A DNA stretch of 64,000 bases. Origin: Chamaesiphon sp. (lineage in GTDB: Bacteria > Cyanobacteriota > Cyanobacteriia > Cyanobacteriales > Chamaesiphonaceae). Position 1 is the stretch's first letter, and every line of letters begins with the position of its first letter. The stretch spans positions 64,001 through 128,000 of the forward strand of contig CBDFFH010000047.1 in assembly GCA_965246715.1 (NCBI GenBank), given 5' to 3'. The notes under the pieces were generated by a model, which was not told the DNA's origin, did no database searches, and saw nothing but the letters and a program-made list of their open reading frames with translations. Of the stretch, positions 22,580-33,082 are shown piece by piece. A program made the position numbers and the translations under genes.

Positions 22580-23668
22580 ATGTTAGATCCATATTTATTA
22601 CAACAACTTACATCGCTCGAGCAAAACTATGATGAGCTTATAGCCAAACTCCAGTCGCCGATCGATCTCAGTCATGAAGATCTTCTACGAAGATATCAAG
22701 CTATTACCAGTATTGAAGAAACCGTAACTAAATTTAGGATCTGGAATAAACTTCAATTAGATTCGATCGAAATAGAAGAAATTTTTCGAGATTCAGAAAC
22801 CGACCGAGAACTTCAAGACCTTGCAAATATTGAAGTTTTGAACCTCCATCAAAAGAGCCTAGAATGCGAACGCGAACTTAAAATTCTGCTGCTACCCAAA
22901 GATCCTCATGACAATCGAAATGTCATTTTGGAAGTCCAGGCAATTGATAATGGTGATGAAGCTGAAATATGGGCGGGAGATTTAGTGCGAATATATACCC
23001 GCTACGCTGAGAGTCAAGGCTGGAAGGTCAAACTTGTATACAGTAGGGGCGAAAGAGGCTTTAAAGTAGCTATTTTAGAAATAACTGGCAAGCGAGTATA
23101 CAGTCAACTAAAGTTTGAATCTGGCATTCATGAAGTGCAACGTCTTCCGCTAACAGAATTGACAGATAAAAATATTTTTACTTCAAACGCAGCTATCCTA
23201 GTGATGTCAGACGTAAATGAAGCAGAGTTTTATCCCCCTGCACAGGATCTAGAGATTCGTCATTTTAATTATGGATTTCGGGGACATCCAAGACCGCGTG
23301 AGATAGATGGTTGCGATCTGTATCATAAGCCGACAGGCATCAGCATTTTCTGTTGTGAAGAACGAAATCAACATCAGAATAAAGAACGCGCGATGCAAAT
23401 CTTGCGAGCAAAGTTGTACGATATCAAATTGCGCGAACAACAGGAAGAAGTAACTTCCATGCGGCGATCGCAAGTTGGAATTGGCTCGCGATCGGAAAAA
23501 ATCCGTACTTATAACTATAAAGATAACCGCGCCACCGACCACCGCTTGGGGCAGAATTTTGGCTTGGAGAAGGTGCTAACTGGCGATCTGGAGGACGTAA
23601 TCCAAAGTTGCATCTCTCAAGACCAACAGGAGCGTTTAGCCGAGCTAGCTGCCTCTACGGGTGGCTAA
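22580..23668 (+). CDS. Release factor 1 paralog lacking the GGQ motif
   Basis: Full-length 362-aa RF1-like [13 protein letters not shown] replaced by YGFRGHPRPRE; C-terminal 96 aa nearly identical to prfA. Confidence 0.9.
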   Translation: MLDPYLLQQLTSLEQNYDELIAKLQSPIDLSHEDLLRRYQAITSIEETVTKFRIWNKLQLDSIEIEEIFRDSETDRELQDLANIEVLNLHQKSLECERELKILLLPKDPHDNRNVILEVQAIDNGDEAEIWAGDLVRIYTRYAESQGWKVKLVYSRGERGFKVAILEITGKRVYSQLKFESGIHEVQRLPLTELTDKNIFTSNAAILVMSDVNEAEFYPPAQDLEIRHFNYGFRGHPRPREIDGCDLYHKPTGISIFCCEERNQHQNKERAMQILRAKLYDIKLREQQEEVTSMRRSQVGIGSRSEKIRTYNYKDNRATDHRLGQNFGLEKVLTGDLEDVIQSCISQDQQERLAELAASTGG

Positions 23669-23749
23669 TTCTCGCTCTAAACACGCGACTCGCAACCCGA
23701 TCGGCACAACACGTGCAACTAAACCTGTTTAGTTGCGCCGAACATTAAG

Positions 23750-23784
23750 ATTCCTGGCTTCATCTAGAAGCCAGGAATTTATTT
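23750..23784 (+). terminator. Intrinsic terminator after the RF1 paralog
   Basis: ATTCCTGGCTTC-ATCTA-GAAGCCAGGAAT followed by TTATTT. Confidence 0.65.
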
Positions 23785-24056
23785 GGCTGTGGCTAGTCTG
23801 AAGCGAATAATTTTTTCTCTATCTAATGATGGTGAATAGATCGGTCGATTGAATGATGCTGCAACGTAGCTGGATTTTTAATATGTAAAGTATGTAGCTA
23901 GAAAGGTGAAGGTCTAATCACACTGAGCTAATAGCTTGTAGACAACAGAATACTGATGAAATTTGGGTTCGTCCACAATGAAAATCTATTTCAAAGTGAA
24001 TAAATCTTCGATCGATTCAACTTTTATTCTTTATTTTTAAAATTGGGGTTCCTACA

Positions 24057-24815
24057 ATGAAATCTGATATTGCGTTACACGAAATCATGCGCCTCGACGA
24101 GTATGCGCAAGAAGAAGCCAAAGCGGAAGCGGAAGCCAACTCCACCCTTAGTCAGTCGGTAGTTAAAGATAGCGAATCGGTAGGCACCTCCTTGAAAGAC
24201 GCGCCTGCGATGCATGAATCAGTCAGCTCGATCGATATTCCATCGGAAACAGTCATCAATTATGACGAACCACCAGCTATGGCTGATGAGCCTGAGATGA
24301 AGATCGACGAGGAAGCTGCCACCAAATCAGTCGATATCGCTATTACCGAGCCATCGATCGATCCTGGTCAATCGCTCACGGATCCAGAAGATCTGCCTGC
24401 GACGGATGATGTGATGAAAGCGGTTGAGTCAACAACTGACTCTACTAAAGAAGCTGTGATGAATACAGTTGACTCAACAATTGATGCTGCCCAAGAAACT
24501 TGGGAGACAGTTCAAGCTAAAGCACCGGGAGTATTTGACGAAATATTATCAGCTATTCCAGCATTCTTCCAAAATAATCGCCAATTATTAATCAATTTAG
24601 GTGTATTTTTCCTCGCTCTTGTAGCTGCTAAACTGCTGTTTGCCGGACTCGATGCGATCGACGATCTGCCATTAGTTGCACCGTTGCTCGAAATTGTTGG
24701 TTTGGTATATGTGGTGAAATTTATTTGGGATTACTTGCTTCGCGAGCAAGACCGTCACAAACTGGCTGAAAAGTTCGATCGAGTCAAAGCAGAAGTCTTA
24801 GGAAATCCTCAGTAA
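24057..24815 (+). CDS. CAAD-domain (CURT1-like) membrane protein with long acidic N-terminus
   Basis: C-terminal two-helix motif LDAIDDLPLVAPLLEIVGLVY..W.YLL. Confidence 0.8.
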   Translation: MKSDIALHEIMRLDEYAQEEAKAEAEANSTLSQSVVKDSESVGTSLKDAPAMHESVSSIDIPSETVINYDEPPAMADEPEMKIDEEAATKSVDIAITEPSIDPGQSLTDPEDLPATDDVMKAVESTTDSTKEAVMNTVDSTIDAAQETWETVQAKAPGVFDEILSAIPAFFQNNRQLLINLGVFFLALVAAKLLFAGLDAIDDLPLVAPLLEIVGLVYVVKFIWDYLLREQDRHKLAEKFDRVKAEVLGNPQ

Positions 24816-24992
24816 ACTCATATCTGCGACACTAGCAGCGATTGGTGTTTGGACTAAAAACGATCGAGACAAATCATTTCAAGGATTGGATGAGTTGTGT
24901 TTTTCACACTCATTGTGTCCCGCTTCGGCAGCCTCAGTTCTTCTGTGGCTGCCTTTGTCTCTTTTTTAGTCTAAACTCCAGTTAGATAGTAA

Positions 24993-25200
24993 GAGGGTGT
25001 CTGAAAAGTCCCAGATTTGGTAGCCTAGCGATTGAAATCGCGGCTACATGTACAAAACCTGCCTCCGCAGGTTGCTGAAAACCTTAGTCTACGGAGCGGC
25101 GAGCGCTCTGGAGGTTTCCTCCAGGTTTAGCGTGCCAAGACAGGCAGACTTTGCAGCGATAGCGGCGGTTTTAACCGCTATCAGCTTTTCAGACACCCTC
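24993..25200. mobile_element. MITE with IS5-family-like ends, carrying a nested type A micro-element at 25095-25143
   Basis: Perfect 16-bp TIR GAGGGTGTCTGAAAAG/CTTTTCAGACACCCTC flanked by TAA on both sides. Confidence 0.8.
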
Positions 25201-25238
25201 TAAAGTCAGTTTTTTAGGTTTTTAAACATTTTCCAACC

Positions 25239-26459
25239 ATGCGCTCTGGTTATACCCTCCCTGTCTTTGCGACTGCCAGTGCGATCGCGGCATTACAATG
25301 TCTACAAAAATCGCAGCGAGATAAGTCTCTCGTCAACCTAGACTTAATTAACCCACCCGAGCGGATAGAGATCTCGATCGATAGTGTTGCTTTAATTCGA
25401 TCGGAGATGGCCCTGGGGATTACTCATAGCGACCCTGGTGATAACCTGGATTTAACACGCGATACTCCAGTTTGGACGGTAGTAGAGTGGGCAGATCCCA
25501 CTCAGGTAGAATCGATCGTTATCCTGGGGGGTGAAGGGGTCGGCAAGCAGTCAAATTTGGATGATGCACCTGCAATCTATAGTTATGCCCAGCAGCTATT
25601 ACAGGCTAATTTAGCCCCGTTGTTGGGAGCCGGAGAAAAGATTAGGGTCACGATCGTGTTACCAGAAGGGAGGAAATTGGCGACGCGCACGTCGAATGCT
25701 GCGTTTGGGGTAGTAGAAGGGTTGTCTTTATTAGGTACTTCAGGTATTTCGCAACCTTTGAGTGCGCCGGGACAATTGGAGGTTTGTTTGACGGAATTGC
25801 GCGCTAGGGTTGGGGAATCCGGAACCCACCCCACCCTGCGGGCACCCCTCCCAGGAGGGGATTTGGATACTAGTGATGAGCGAACCCCTTTGTTCGTGGT
25901 GGCACCAGAGCCACAGGCGGTGGTGGAGAGATCTCCATTAGTTTTTTGCATTGGGGAAAATGGGTTGGACTTGGCGCAGAAAATGGGGATTGGGCGCGAT
26001 CGAATTATTAAGACAGCGAATTGGTTGGGGCCATTACTGGCTGAGGCAGGGGTGTTGGGTGTGCCGAAATTGTTACTATTTGGCTATCATGGCAAACTGA
26101 TTAAGTTGGCGGGGGGAATATTTCATACCCATCATCATTTAGCCGATGGGAGATTGGAAATTTTAGTAGCAGCAGCGGCGCGGATGGGTTTGCCAGCGGA
26201 ACTCTTGGCTGGTTTATTCGATTGTCAGACAGCGGAGGATGTATTGAAATATCTCAGATCGATCGATCTCAGTGACGGGAGCGACTGGGTGAATCAGATT
26301 TATGGATATCTGACAGCTCGGATCGACGAACGAGCGGCGGAATATATTTATAATCAGACACAACAGCAGGTAAGTGTTGGTTCGCTAGTATTCGATCGAT
26401 CCCGTGAAATCATTGGATCTAGTCCCACGGGGGCAACATTTGTGGGGCAATTATGCTAG
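25239..26459 (+). CDS. cbiD: Cobalt-precorrin-5B C1-methyltransferase with in-frame repeat insertion
   Basis: RSGYTLPVFA, SDPGDNLDLT, GYHGKLIKLAGGIFHTH. Confidence 0.93.
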   Translation: MRSGYTLPVFATASAIAALQCLQKSQRDKSLVNLDLINPPERIEISIDSVALIRSEMALGITHSDPGDNLDLTRDTPVWTVVEWADPTQVESIVILGGEGVGKQSNLDDAPAIYSYAQQLLQANLAPLLGAGEKIRVTIVLPEGRKLATRTSNAAFGVVEGLSLLGTSGISQPLSAPGQLEVCLTELRARVGESGTHPTLRAPLPGGDLDTSDERTPLFVVAPEPQAVVERSPLVFCIGENGLDLAQKMGIGRDRIIKTANWLGPLLAEAGVLGVPKLLLFGYHGKLIKLAGGIFHTHHHLADGRLEILVAAAARMGLPAELLAGLFDCQTAEDVLKYLRSIDLSDGSDWVNQIYGYLTARIDERAAEYIYNQTQQQVSVGSLVFDRSREIIGSSPTGATFVGQLC

Positions 26460-26601
26460 GCTAGATCGAATATAAATAATTTTAATTAGCTTCCTATTTG
26501 TTGTTTTTGAGATGACTCTTTAAAATTCGAGGAGTTACCCACTTTTCTAAAGTTAGTGGGAAAATTCGTCATCAACTATATTACCTTACTGGGAGTCCGT
26601 C

Positions 26602-28233
26602 GTGACAACGCAAACAGACATCGCTGCAACAGCTCTACACCCTACAGAAAATCCATTAGGGGATGCAAAATTAAATCATCAAATGGTCGTCATTCTGGAC
26701 TTCGGCTCCCAGTATTCCGAACTGATCGCCCGTCGAATTCGTGAAACCCAAGTTTATTCTGAAGTCATCTCTTATCGTACTACTGCCGCACAACTGAAAC
26801 TATTAAATCCCAAGGGAATTATCCTCTCTGGTGGCCCGAGTTCAGTGTACGACGAGCGCGCACCAAAATGCGACCCGGAAATCTGGAATCTAGGGATTCC
26901 GGTATTGGGTGTTTGTTACGGAATGCAATTGATGGTACAACAACTCGGCGGCGATGTCGTCAAGGCGAAAAAAGCCGAGTATGGTAAAGCTGAAATCCTG
27001 ATTGACGATCCGATCGATCTCCTCACCAATGTCGAAACCGGATCGACAATGTGGATGAGTCATGGCGACTCCTGCGAAAAACTCCCGACGGGATTTGCGC
27101 TAATCGCGCATACTGAGAATACTCCATGTGCGGCGATCGCCGACCATCAGCGCAAACTTTATGGCGTGCAGTTTCACCCCGAAGTCGTGCATTCGATCGG
27201 TGGGATTGCGTTAATTCGCAACTTTGTCTATCATATTTGCGCCTGTCAGCCAACGTGGACGACAGAAGCATTTGTAGAAGAAGCCATCCGGAATATTCGT
27301 GCTAGAGTTGGCGATAAACGCGTCTTGTTAGCATTATCTGGTGGTGTCGATTCTTCGACTTTAGCATTTCTATTGCATCGCGCGATCGGCGACCAGTTGA
27401 CATGTATGTTCATCGATCAAGGGTTCATGCGGAAGCTCGAACCCGAACGTCTCGTCGCACTATTTAAAGACCAATTCCACATCAAGGTTGAATATGTGAT
27501 GGCGCGGGAACGGTTTATCAATGCCGTTGCTGGAGTGACAGATCCTGAAACCAAACGGAAAATTATCGGTACTGAATTTATTCGGGTATTTGAATCAGAA
27601 TCAAAACGCTTGGGGCCATTCGATTATCTCGCTCAAGGTACTTTATATCCCGACGTAATCGAGTCAGCAGATACTAATGTCGATCCACAAAGTGGCGAAC
27701 GAGTAGCGGTTAAGATTAAAAGCCATCATAATGTCGGTGGTTTGCCAAAAGATCTTCAATTTAAACTCGTCGAACCCCTCCGCAAATTATTTAAAGATGA
27801 AGTGCGAAAAGTAGGACGTTCGATCGGGCTACCCGAAGAAATCGTTACCCGTCAACCTTTTCCAGGCCCTGGCTTAGCAATTCGGATCATTGGTGAAGTC
27901 ACTGCCGAACGCTTAAATATCCTCCGCGATGCCGATCTGATCGTGCGTCAAGAAGTTAATAAACAGGGACTTTATCATAAGCTTTGGCAAGCATTTGCCG
28001 TGCTATTAGCCGATGTAAATAGTGTAGGTGTGATGGGCGACCAACGTACTTATGCTCATCCGATCGTCTTGCGGTGCGTATCCAGTGAAGATGGCATGAC
28101 CGCTGATTGGTCGCGGGTACCGTATGAGTTTCTAGAGATAGTTTCCAATCGGATCGTAAATGAAGTCAAAGGTGTAAATCGCGTGGTTTATGATATCACT
28201 TCTAAGCCACCTGGAACGATCGAGTGGGAATGA
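26602..28233 (+). CDS. guaA: GMP synthase (glutamine-hydrolysing)
   Basis: [33 protein letters not shown]. Confidence 0.99.
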   Translation: MTTQTDIAATALHPTENPLGDAKLNHQMVVILDFGSQYSELIARRIRETQVYSEVISYRTTAAQLKLLNPKGIILSGGPSSVYDERAPKCDPEIWNLGIPVLGVCYGMQLMVQQLGGDVVKAKKAEYGKAEILIDDPIDLLTNVETGSTMWMSHGDSCEKLPTGFALIAHTENTPCAAIADHQRKLYGVQFHPEVVHSIGGIALIRNFVYHICACQPTWTTEAFVEEAIRNIRARVGDKRVLLALSGGVDSSTLAFLLHRAIGDQLTCMFIDQGFMRKLEPERLVALFKDQFHIKVEYVMARERFINAVAGVTDPETKRKIIGTEFIRVFESESKRLGPFDYLAQGTLYPDVIESADTNVDPQSGERVAVKIKSHHNVGGLPKDLQFKLVEPLRKLFKDEVRKVGRSIGLPEEIVTRQPFPGPGLAIRIIGEVTAERLNILRDADLIVRQEVNKQGLYHKLWQAFAVLLADVNSVGVMGDQRTYAHPIVLRCVSSEDGMTADWSRVPYEFLEIVSNRIVNEVKGVNRVVYDITSKPPGTIEWE

Positions 28234-28312
28234 GTAAAATCTAAATCCAAGTAAAACTCAATTCAAAATTTTTGTAGGGTGGGCAATGCCCACCTTATCA
28301 ATTTATTTCTTA

Positions 28313-28720
28313 TTATTCATTATTTTCGATCGGCACTCCAGCCGCAATCATCTCTTCTACAACTCTACATTTTTTAAATTCATCTTCAATTAATAATGCA
28401 CTACCAGTCGTTCGATCGATTGGTAAATAGCTAGCGAAAGATCTGCTTTCTACTGAAATATTTAATCCTTGACCTTTAATGCCTTCCATTACTCGCACAG
28501 CATCAGAACTAAGCATCTCATCTAGAAATAAACCTCCTGCTTCAATAATTAATGTTCGTATTTTTGCAGGTGAATCATGACTAAATTGTGGCAAGCATCT
28601 TCGTACCGCTAGTAATTCACCGATCGATGGTTTATCTTGCTGAAAATGGATGATAATTCTAGTGTAATTGCGATTGTATTTTATTAGAACCCAATCATGA
28701 GATCTTTCCCAGTCGGCCAT
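28313..28720 (-). CDS. AT-rich hypothetical protein
   Basis: 135-aa ORF convergent with guaA; no family recognised. Confidence 0.6.
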   Translation of the reverse strand: MADWERSHDWVLIKYNRNYTRIIIHFQQDKPSIGELLAVRRCLPQFSHDSPAKIRTLIIEAGGLFLDEMLSSDAVRVMEGIKGQGLNISVESRSFASYLPIDRTTGSALLIEDEFKKCRVVEEMIAAGVPIENNE

Positions 28721-28814
28721 ACTAACGCTATCTTGTCGATTACCGATCGATCTTTTTTAATAGATTAAATATATCGGTTCTAGTGTAAATTTTACAATTG
28801 CTTTAACTAAATTT

Positions 28815-29630
28815 ATGACTATTTGGCAAGCAGATATCTATAGCCGTCCCCAACATACCGATCGAGGAGAAACTTTATGGGAACTAGTTATCTGTGCTGC
28901 TGAAGGCGGATGGTACCACACGGCAATTTGTCCGCAACAGCAGGTGAATTCCGACTGGATTGCAATGCAGATCCAGTTAGCCGCAGGCGATAAATTACCT
29001 CAAGAAATTCAAGTTTTTCGACCTCAGAGTTTAGGTTTGGTGCGAGCGGCTGGGCAAAAATTGGGCATTGAAGTTGTGGCGACTCGTCGCACGATCGCTC
29101 TCAAAAAACTATTACAACAACAGGCTCAAAGTTATGGTATTCCTAATTATCAACCATTAACAATCGAGTCGCCACCACCATTACCTATTCCCGACATCTT
29201 AATAGGTGATAAGTGGCAATTTGTTACGCTCCCAGCCAAAGAATTAGTCACCGATTTTACCGATCGACCGATTCCAATCTACTCGATGCCGGACTACTTA
29301 TTGCCACCGCATTGGGGGCTAGGTGGAAATGTCGCTATCCCTGGAGTCATCATTTATGGGGGCAAGCAATCGATGCGCTTGGCGCGGTGGATCGCCGAAA
29401 CGGAACCTGTCAGCCTCAATTATCTCGGTGACGATCCGGGTGGGTTAGTATTGGATGCTAGTTTAGCCGATCGGTGGGTGATGTTAACATTTAATGATGC
29501 TGAAGTCAGCCAAGCTGCCAGACTTTATGAAGCACGAAAAAAACTCGTGCATGGCTTGCATTTTCTGTTAGTTACGCCTGATGATTCTGGGATAACTGAC
29601 AGCGGGATTTGGTTATTGCAAAGTACCTGA
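28815..29630 (+). CDS. Tab2/ATAB2 family RNA-binding protein
   Basis: IWQAD.Y.RP...WELVIC, GLHFLLV.PDDSG. Confidence 0.85.
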   Translation: MTIWQADIYSRPQHTDRGETLWELVICAAEGGWYHTAICPQQQVNSDWIAMQIQLAAGDKLPQEIQVFRPQSLGLVRAAGQKLGIEVVATRRTIALKKLLQQQAQSYGIPNYQPLTIESPPPLPIPDILIGDKWQFVTLPAKELVTDFTDRPIPIYSMPDYLLPPHWGLGGNVAIPGVIIYGGKQSMRLARWIAETEPVSLNYLGDDPGGLVLDASLADRWVMLTFNDAEVSQAARLYEARKKLVHGLHFLLVTPDDSGITDSGIWLLQST

Positions 29631-29637
29631 AGCTATA

Positions 29638-30108
29638 TCAACGCATGAAAATATCAACATAATCGGTTTCGATACCACAAGGACTTTGCATTTCCTGCAA
29701 TCGCCAATATTTGCGGTTTTGAGTAATTTTAAAGAGCATTTTGCCATAACGTTCGCAGGGTTTACCGTTGTTGTTATGACTGACGCGCGTAACGATAGAG
29801 CCTTGAAAAACAAACTCTCTTGCCTTAATACTGACTACCTCACCATCGATTTCAAGATAATCATCGCCTTTGGTTTGTCGCCCTTTCAGATATAACGTAC
29901 CTTGACGATTGACAACTTGTAAATCGCCAAATTCCCGCCAATTATCCCAACCGAGCCACTGAAGATTAATCTTATGCTCGCCGAGCAATTGTTTGGCGGC
30001 AAATGTGTTATTGATGAATGTTGGTTCGGCAGATCGACTGGGGGCAAGTTGGCTCGTCTGGACTAAAAGTGTCGTCGCTAGGATCGAGAGAATGCGAGGG
30101 AGTTGCAT
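29638..30108 (-). CDS. Hypothetical exported protein
   Basis: Signal-like start MQLPRIL; YWRLQEMQSPC...DYVDIF. Confidence 0.65.
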   Translation of the reverse strand: MQLPRILSILATTLLVQTSQLAPSRSAEPTFINNTFAAKQLLGEHKINLQWLGWDNWREFGDLQVVNRQGTLYLKGRQTKGDDYLEIDGEVVSIKAREFVFQGSIVTRVSHNNNGKPCERYGKMLFKITQNRKYWRLQEMQSPCGIETDYVDIFMR

Positions 30109-30281
30109 AGATGGGTAAAAAGCGATCGAGAGGTATTTACTGTTAGTGACAGGATCGATCGATGTGGAGGTTCCCACTATCCACTTGACTGTGAATAAAT
30201 TTTACGTGAATTCGGGTTGAGGATATTTGCTCCGTTCTTGCACCACCAACGATTTCAATCGTTGATGTTATTTAACAGCTC

Positions 30282-31439
30282 TTATCCGAGTCGCGATCGA
30301 TAGTCTTCATATTCAAACTTACGCCACAGCTTGAAATTACCATCTTTTTCAATTGCGCCGATCGATGGATGTACGACTCCATTAAACATCGAAGTTTTAA
30401 CCATCGTATAGTGCATCATATCTTCAAAAATCAATCGATCGCCGATCGCTAAATCGCTGTCGAACGCATAATCTCCCAAAAAATCACCCGCCAAGCAACT
30501 AGAGCCGCCCATCCGATAGACTTTATCGCCTACTTGCGGATCTCGCGCACCACGAATCGCTGGCTTGTAAGGCATTTCGAGGCAGTCGGGCATATGGGCG
30601 GTAAAAGATAGATCCAACATCACATTTGTTAGATCGTCAGCCGGAATCAGATCGAGTACCGTACCCATCAAAAATCCGGTTTCCCAAACAATTGCCGAAC
30701 CTGGTTCCATCCAGACTGATAGCTGGGGATGGCGCGAATGGAAGGCATTTAAGACCTCGATCGCATGTTCGACATTATAATCTTTGCGCGTCATGAGATG
30801 ACCGCCGCCTAAATTCAACCACTTGAGTTGAGGTAAATATTGCCCGAAATAATGTTCGATATTCGCGAGAGTTTTTTCAAGTGCATAGGAGTCACTTTCG
30901 CAAAGATTATGCGATAAAAAGCCATCTATTCCCTCTGGTAGTGTATCGCCAAGGTGTGATGGCGAAATTCCCAATCGTGTTGATGGCTGACAAGGATTGT
31001 AAAGAGCAGTTTGAACTGGAGAATATTGGGGATTTATTCGCAGTCCGACTGAGGGTTTATTTGGCGTGTAAGCGGTAACTTGCGATCGAAAGTGTTCCCA
31101 CTGTGAAACCGAGTTGAAGGTAAGGTGCGCTGCTAATGGGAGAATTTCTGGCATGTCCTCATCGCGATATGCGGGTGAATAAACATGCACTTCGCTACTA
31201 AATTCTTCAGCGGCGAGTCTGGCTTCCCACAGCGAACTAGCTGATGCACCTTGAAGGGTGGTACGAATCTGCGGAAAGCTATGAAAGAGCGAGTATCCCT
31301 TGAGTGCCAACATGATACGGATTGGGGCTTCTTTCTGTACTCTAGCGAAGATCGCGAGATTGCGATCGAGTAATGCTTCTTCTAATACAAAGCAGGGCGA
31401 CGGAATATTTTTAAAAACTTCGTGATTGAGTTGTGTCAT
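30282..31439 (-). CDS. nspC: Carboxy(nor)spermidine decarboxylase family
   Basis: LALKG, HMPDCLEMPY, SCLAGD, HYTMVKTSMFNG. Confidence 0.93.
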   Translation of the reverse strand: MTQLNHEVFKNIPSPCFVLEEALLDRNLAIFARVQKEAPIRIMLALKGYSLFHSFPQIRTTLQGASASSLWEARLAAEEFSSEVHVYSPAYRDEDMPEILPLAAHLTFNSVSQWEHFRSQVTAYTPNKPSVGLRINPQYSPVQTALYNPCQPSTRLGISPSHLGDTLPEGIDGFLSHNLCESDSYALEKTLANIEHYFGQYLPQLKWLNLGGGHLMTRKDYNVEHAIEVLNAFHSRHPQLSVWMEPGSAIVWETGFLMGTVLDLIPADDLTNVMLDLSFTAHMPDCLEMPYKPAIRGARDPQVGDKVYRMGGSSCLAGDFLGDYAFDSDLAIGDRLIFEDMMHYTMVKTSMFNGVVHPSIGAIEKDGNFKLWRKFEYEDYRSRLG

Positions 31440-31471
31440 GTCGAGTGAGTGTGAGGGGCATTAGAGAATCT

Positions 31472-31838
31472 ACTCACATCTTGAACCAGCGGCTTGTTCT
31501 AGTAGGGAACTCCGATCGTGGAAGCAAGACAAGACAGTTTAAATAGACTATTGCTTAGTAGATCCAGGGTACCTACAAGGGGCACCCCTACAGGTTAATT
31601 GTGTAGCAGGGTGGTTTCAGACAAGAAAAGAAAATTCACAAACCTTGGAGCTTAGTCTTCAACCACCCTCGAATGAATTCGGGGCTAATAGCGAAAGTTC
31701 ACTTCAGTGAACTAAGAGATTTTTCTTCCGGTGTATGAAACCACCCTGTTACAGGTTAATTGTGTAGGGGTGCCCCTTGTTGGTACCCTCAGAATCTCCG
31801 CTTTTACTAGTCCTTATATATTGGTGCAAGATGTGAGT
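31472..31838. mobile_element. Composite MITE: outer TIR element containing a GTAG-type REP, itself interrupted by an inner MITE (31604-31751)
   Basis: Outer TIR ACTCACATCTTGAACCA/TGGTGCAAGATGTGAGT; inner element flanked by the 13-bp direct repeat CAGGTTAATTGTG. Confidence 0.75.
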
Positions 31839-33038
31839 TTATGTATCTTCAAATGGTGAAACACCATCGATAACTTCATGCCACGGCAAGCCTAATGACC
31901 CTAATAATTGCATGAATGGATCGGGATCGAGTTGTTCGACATTAAATACTCCTGGTTGTTTCCAGGTACCGTTAACTACCATCAGTGCGCCGATGACCGC
32001 AGGTACGCCAGTTGTATAAGAGATACCTTGCGAACCGACTTCTGCATATGCGGCGGCATGTTGACAGTTATTGTAGACGTAATATTTCCGCTCGACACCA
32101 TCTTTGATCCCTTGAATGTGACAACCAATTGAGGTTTGTCCGGTGTAATTTGTCGCCAGGGATGACGGTTCGGGGAGGAGTGCTTTAAGGAACTTCAGCG
32201 GGATGATTTGTTGTCCTTCATAATCGATCGGATCGATTCGCGTCATACCGATATTTTCTAATACTTTTAGGTGGGTGATATAACTCTCAGAAAATGTCAT
32301 CCAAAACCGCGCGCGCTTGATGGTTGGGATGTTTTTCACCAACGATTCTAGCTCTTCATGATAGAGCAAATACGACTCGCGATCGCCGATTTCGGGATAA
32401 GGAATCGGGCGATGAATCGAGAGTGCGGGGATTTCCACCCATTTACCGTTGTCAAAATATTGCCCTGGTGCGGTGATTTCACGGATATTAATTTCGGGAT
32501 TGAAATTGGTAGCAAATGCTTTGCCGTGATTGCCATCGTTGCAATCGATAATATCGAGATAGTGAATTTCATCGAAATAATGTTTCAAGGCATAGGCACT
32601 AAAAACGCCCGTCACGCCAGGATCGAAGCCACAGCCGAGGATTGCTGTCAATCCTGCCGCTTTAAATCGATCGTGATATTTCCACTGCCAACTATATTCA
32701 AATTTTGCCTCATCCAGTGGCTCATAATTGGCAGTATCCAAATAGTGTACGCCCGTTTCCAAACACGCATCCATCAGCACTAAATCTTGATAAGGTAGTG
32801 CCACGTTGATCAGAATATCGGGCTGAAATTCTTTAATCAGTTTGACGGTATTTGCCACAACATCAGCATCTAGTGAAGCTGTTGTGACTTTTGGCGAGCC
32901 AATTCGCTCAGCAATACGATCACATTTATCCACGCTCCTACTTGCCAGCAAAATATCTGTAAACTCGGCTTGCGCGGCGCACTTATGTGCGACGACATTA
33001 CCGACTCCACCCGCTCCAACGATCATTACCCGTGCCAT
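31839..33038 (-). CDS. Carboxy(nor)spermidine dehydrogenase (saccharopine dehydrogenase family)
   Basis: GAGGVG, YLDTANYE, GFDPGVT, FATNFNPEINIRE; adjacent to nspC. Confidence 0.92.
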   Translation of the reverse strand: MARVMIVGAGGVGNVVAHKCAAQAEFTDILLASRSVDKCDRIAERIGSPKVTTASLDADVVANTVKLIKEFQPDILINVALPYQDLVLMDACLETGVHYLDTANYEPLDEAKFEYSWQWKYHDRFKAAGLTAILGCGFDPGVTGVFSAYALKHYFDEIHYLDIIDCNDGNHGKAFATNFNPEINIREITAPGQYFDNGKWVEIPALSIHRPIPYPEIGDRESYLLYHEELESLVKNIPTIKRARFWMTFSESYITHLKVLENIGMTRIDPIDYEGQQIIPLKFLKALLPEPSSLATNYTGQTSIGCHIQGIKDGVERKYYVYNNCQHAAAYAEVGSQGISYTTGVPAVIGALMVVNGTWKQPGVFNVEQLDPDPFMQLLGSLGLPWHEVIDGVSPFEDT

Positions 33039-33082
33039 ATGTGCCCCCTAATTAAACTAACTTGTTCGTGACCTCCCTCTGT

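Noticed and set aside
22153..23662. prfA/paralog repeat as a diversity-generating retroelement TR/VR pair
   Set aside because: Differences are synonymous third-position changes of all base types, not adenine-specific, and no reverse transcriptase is present
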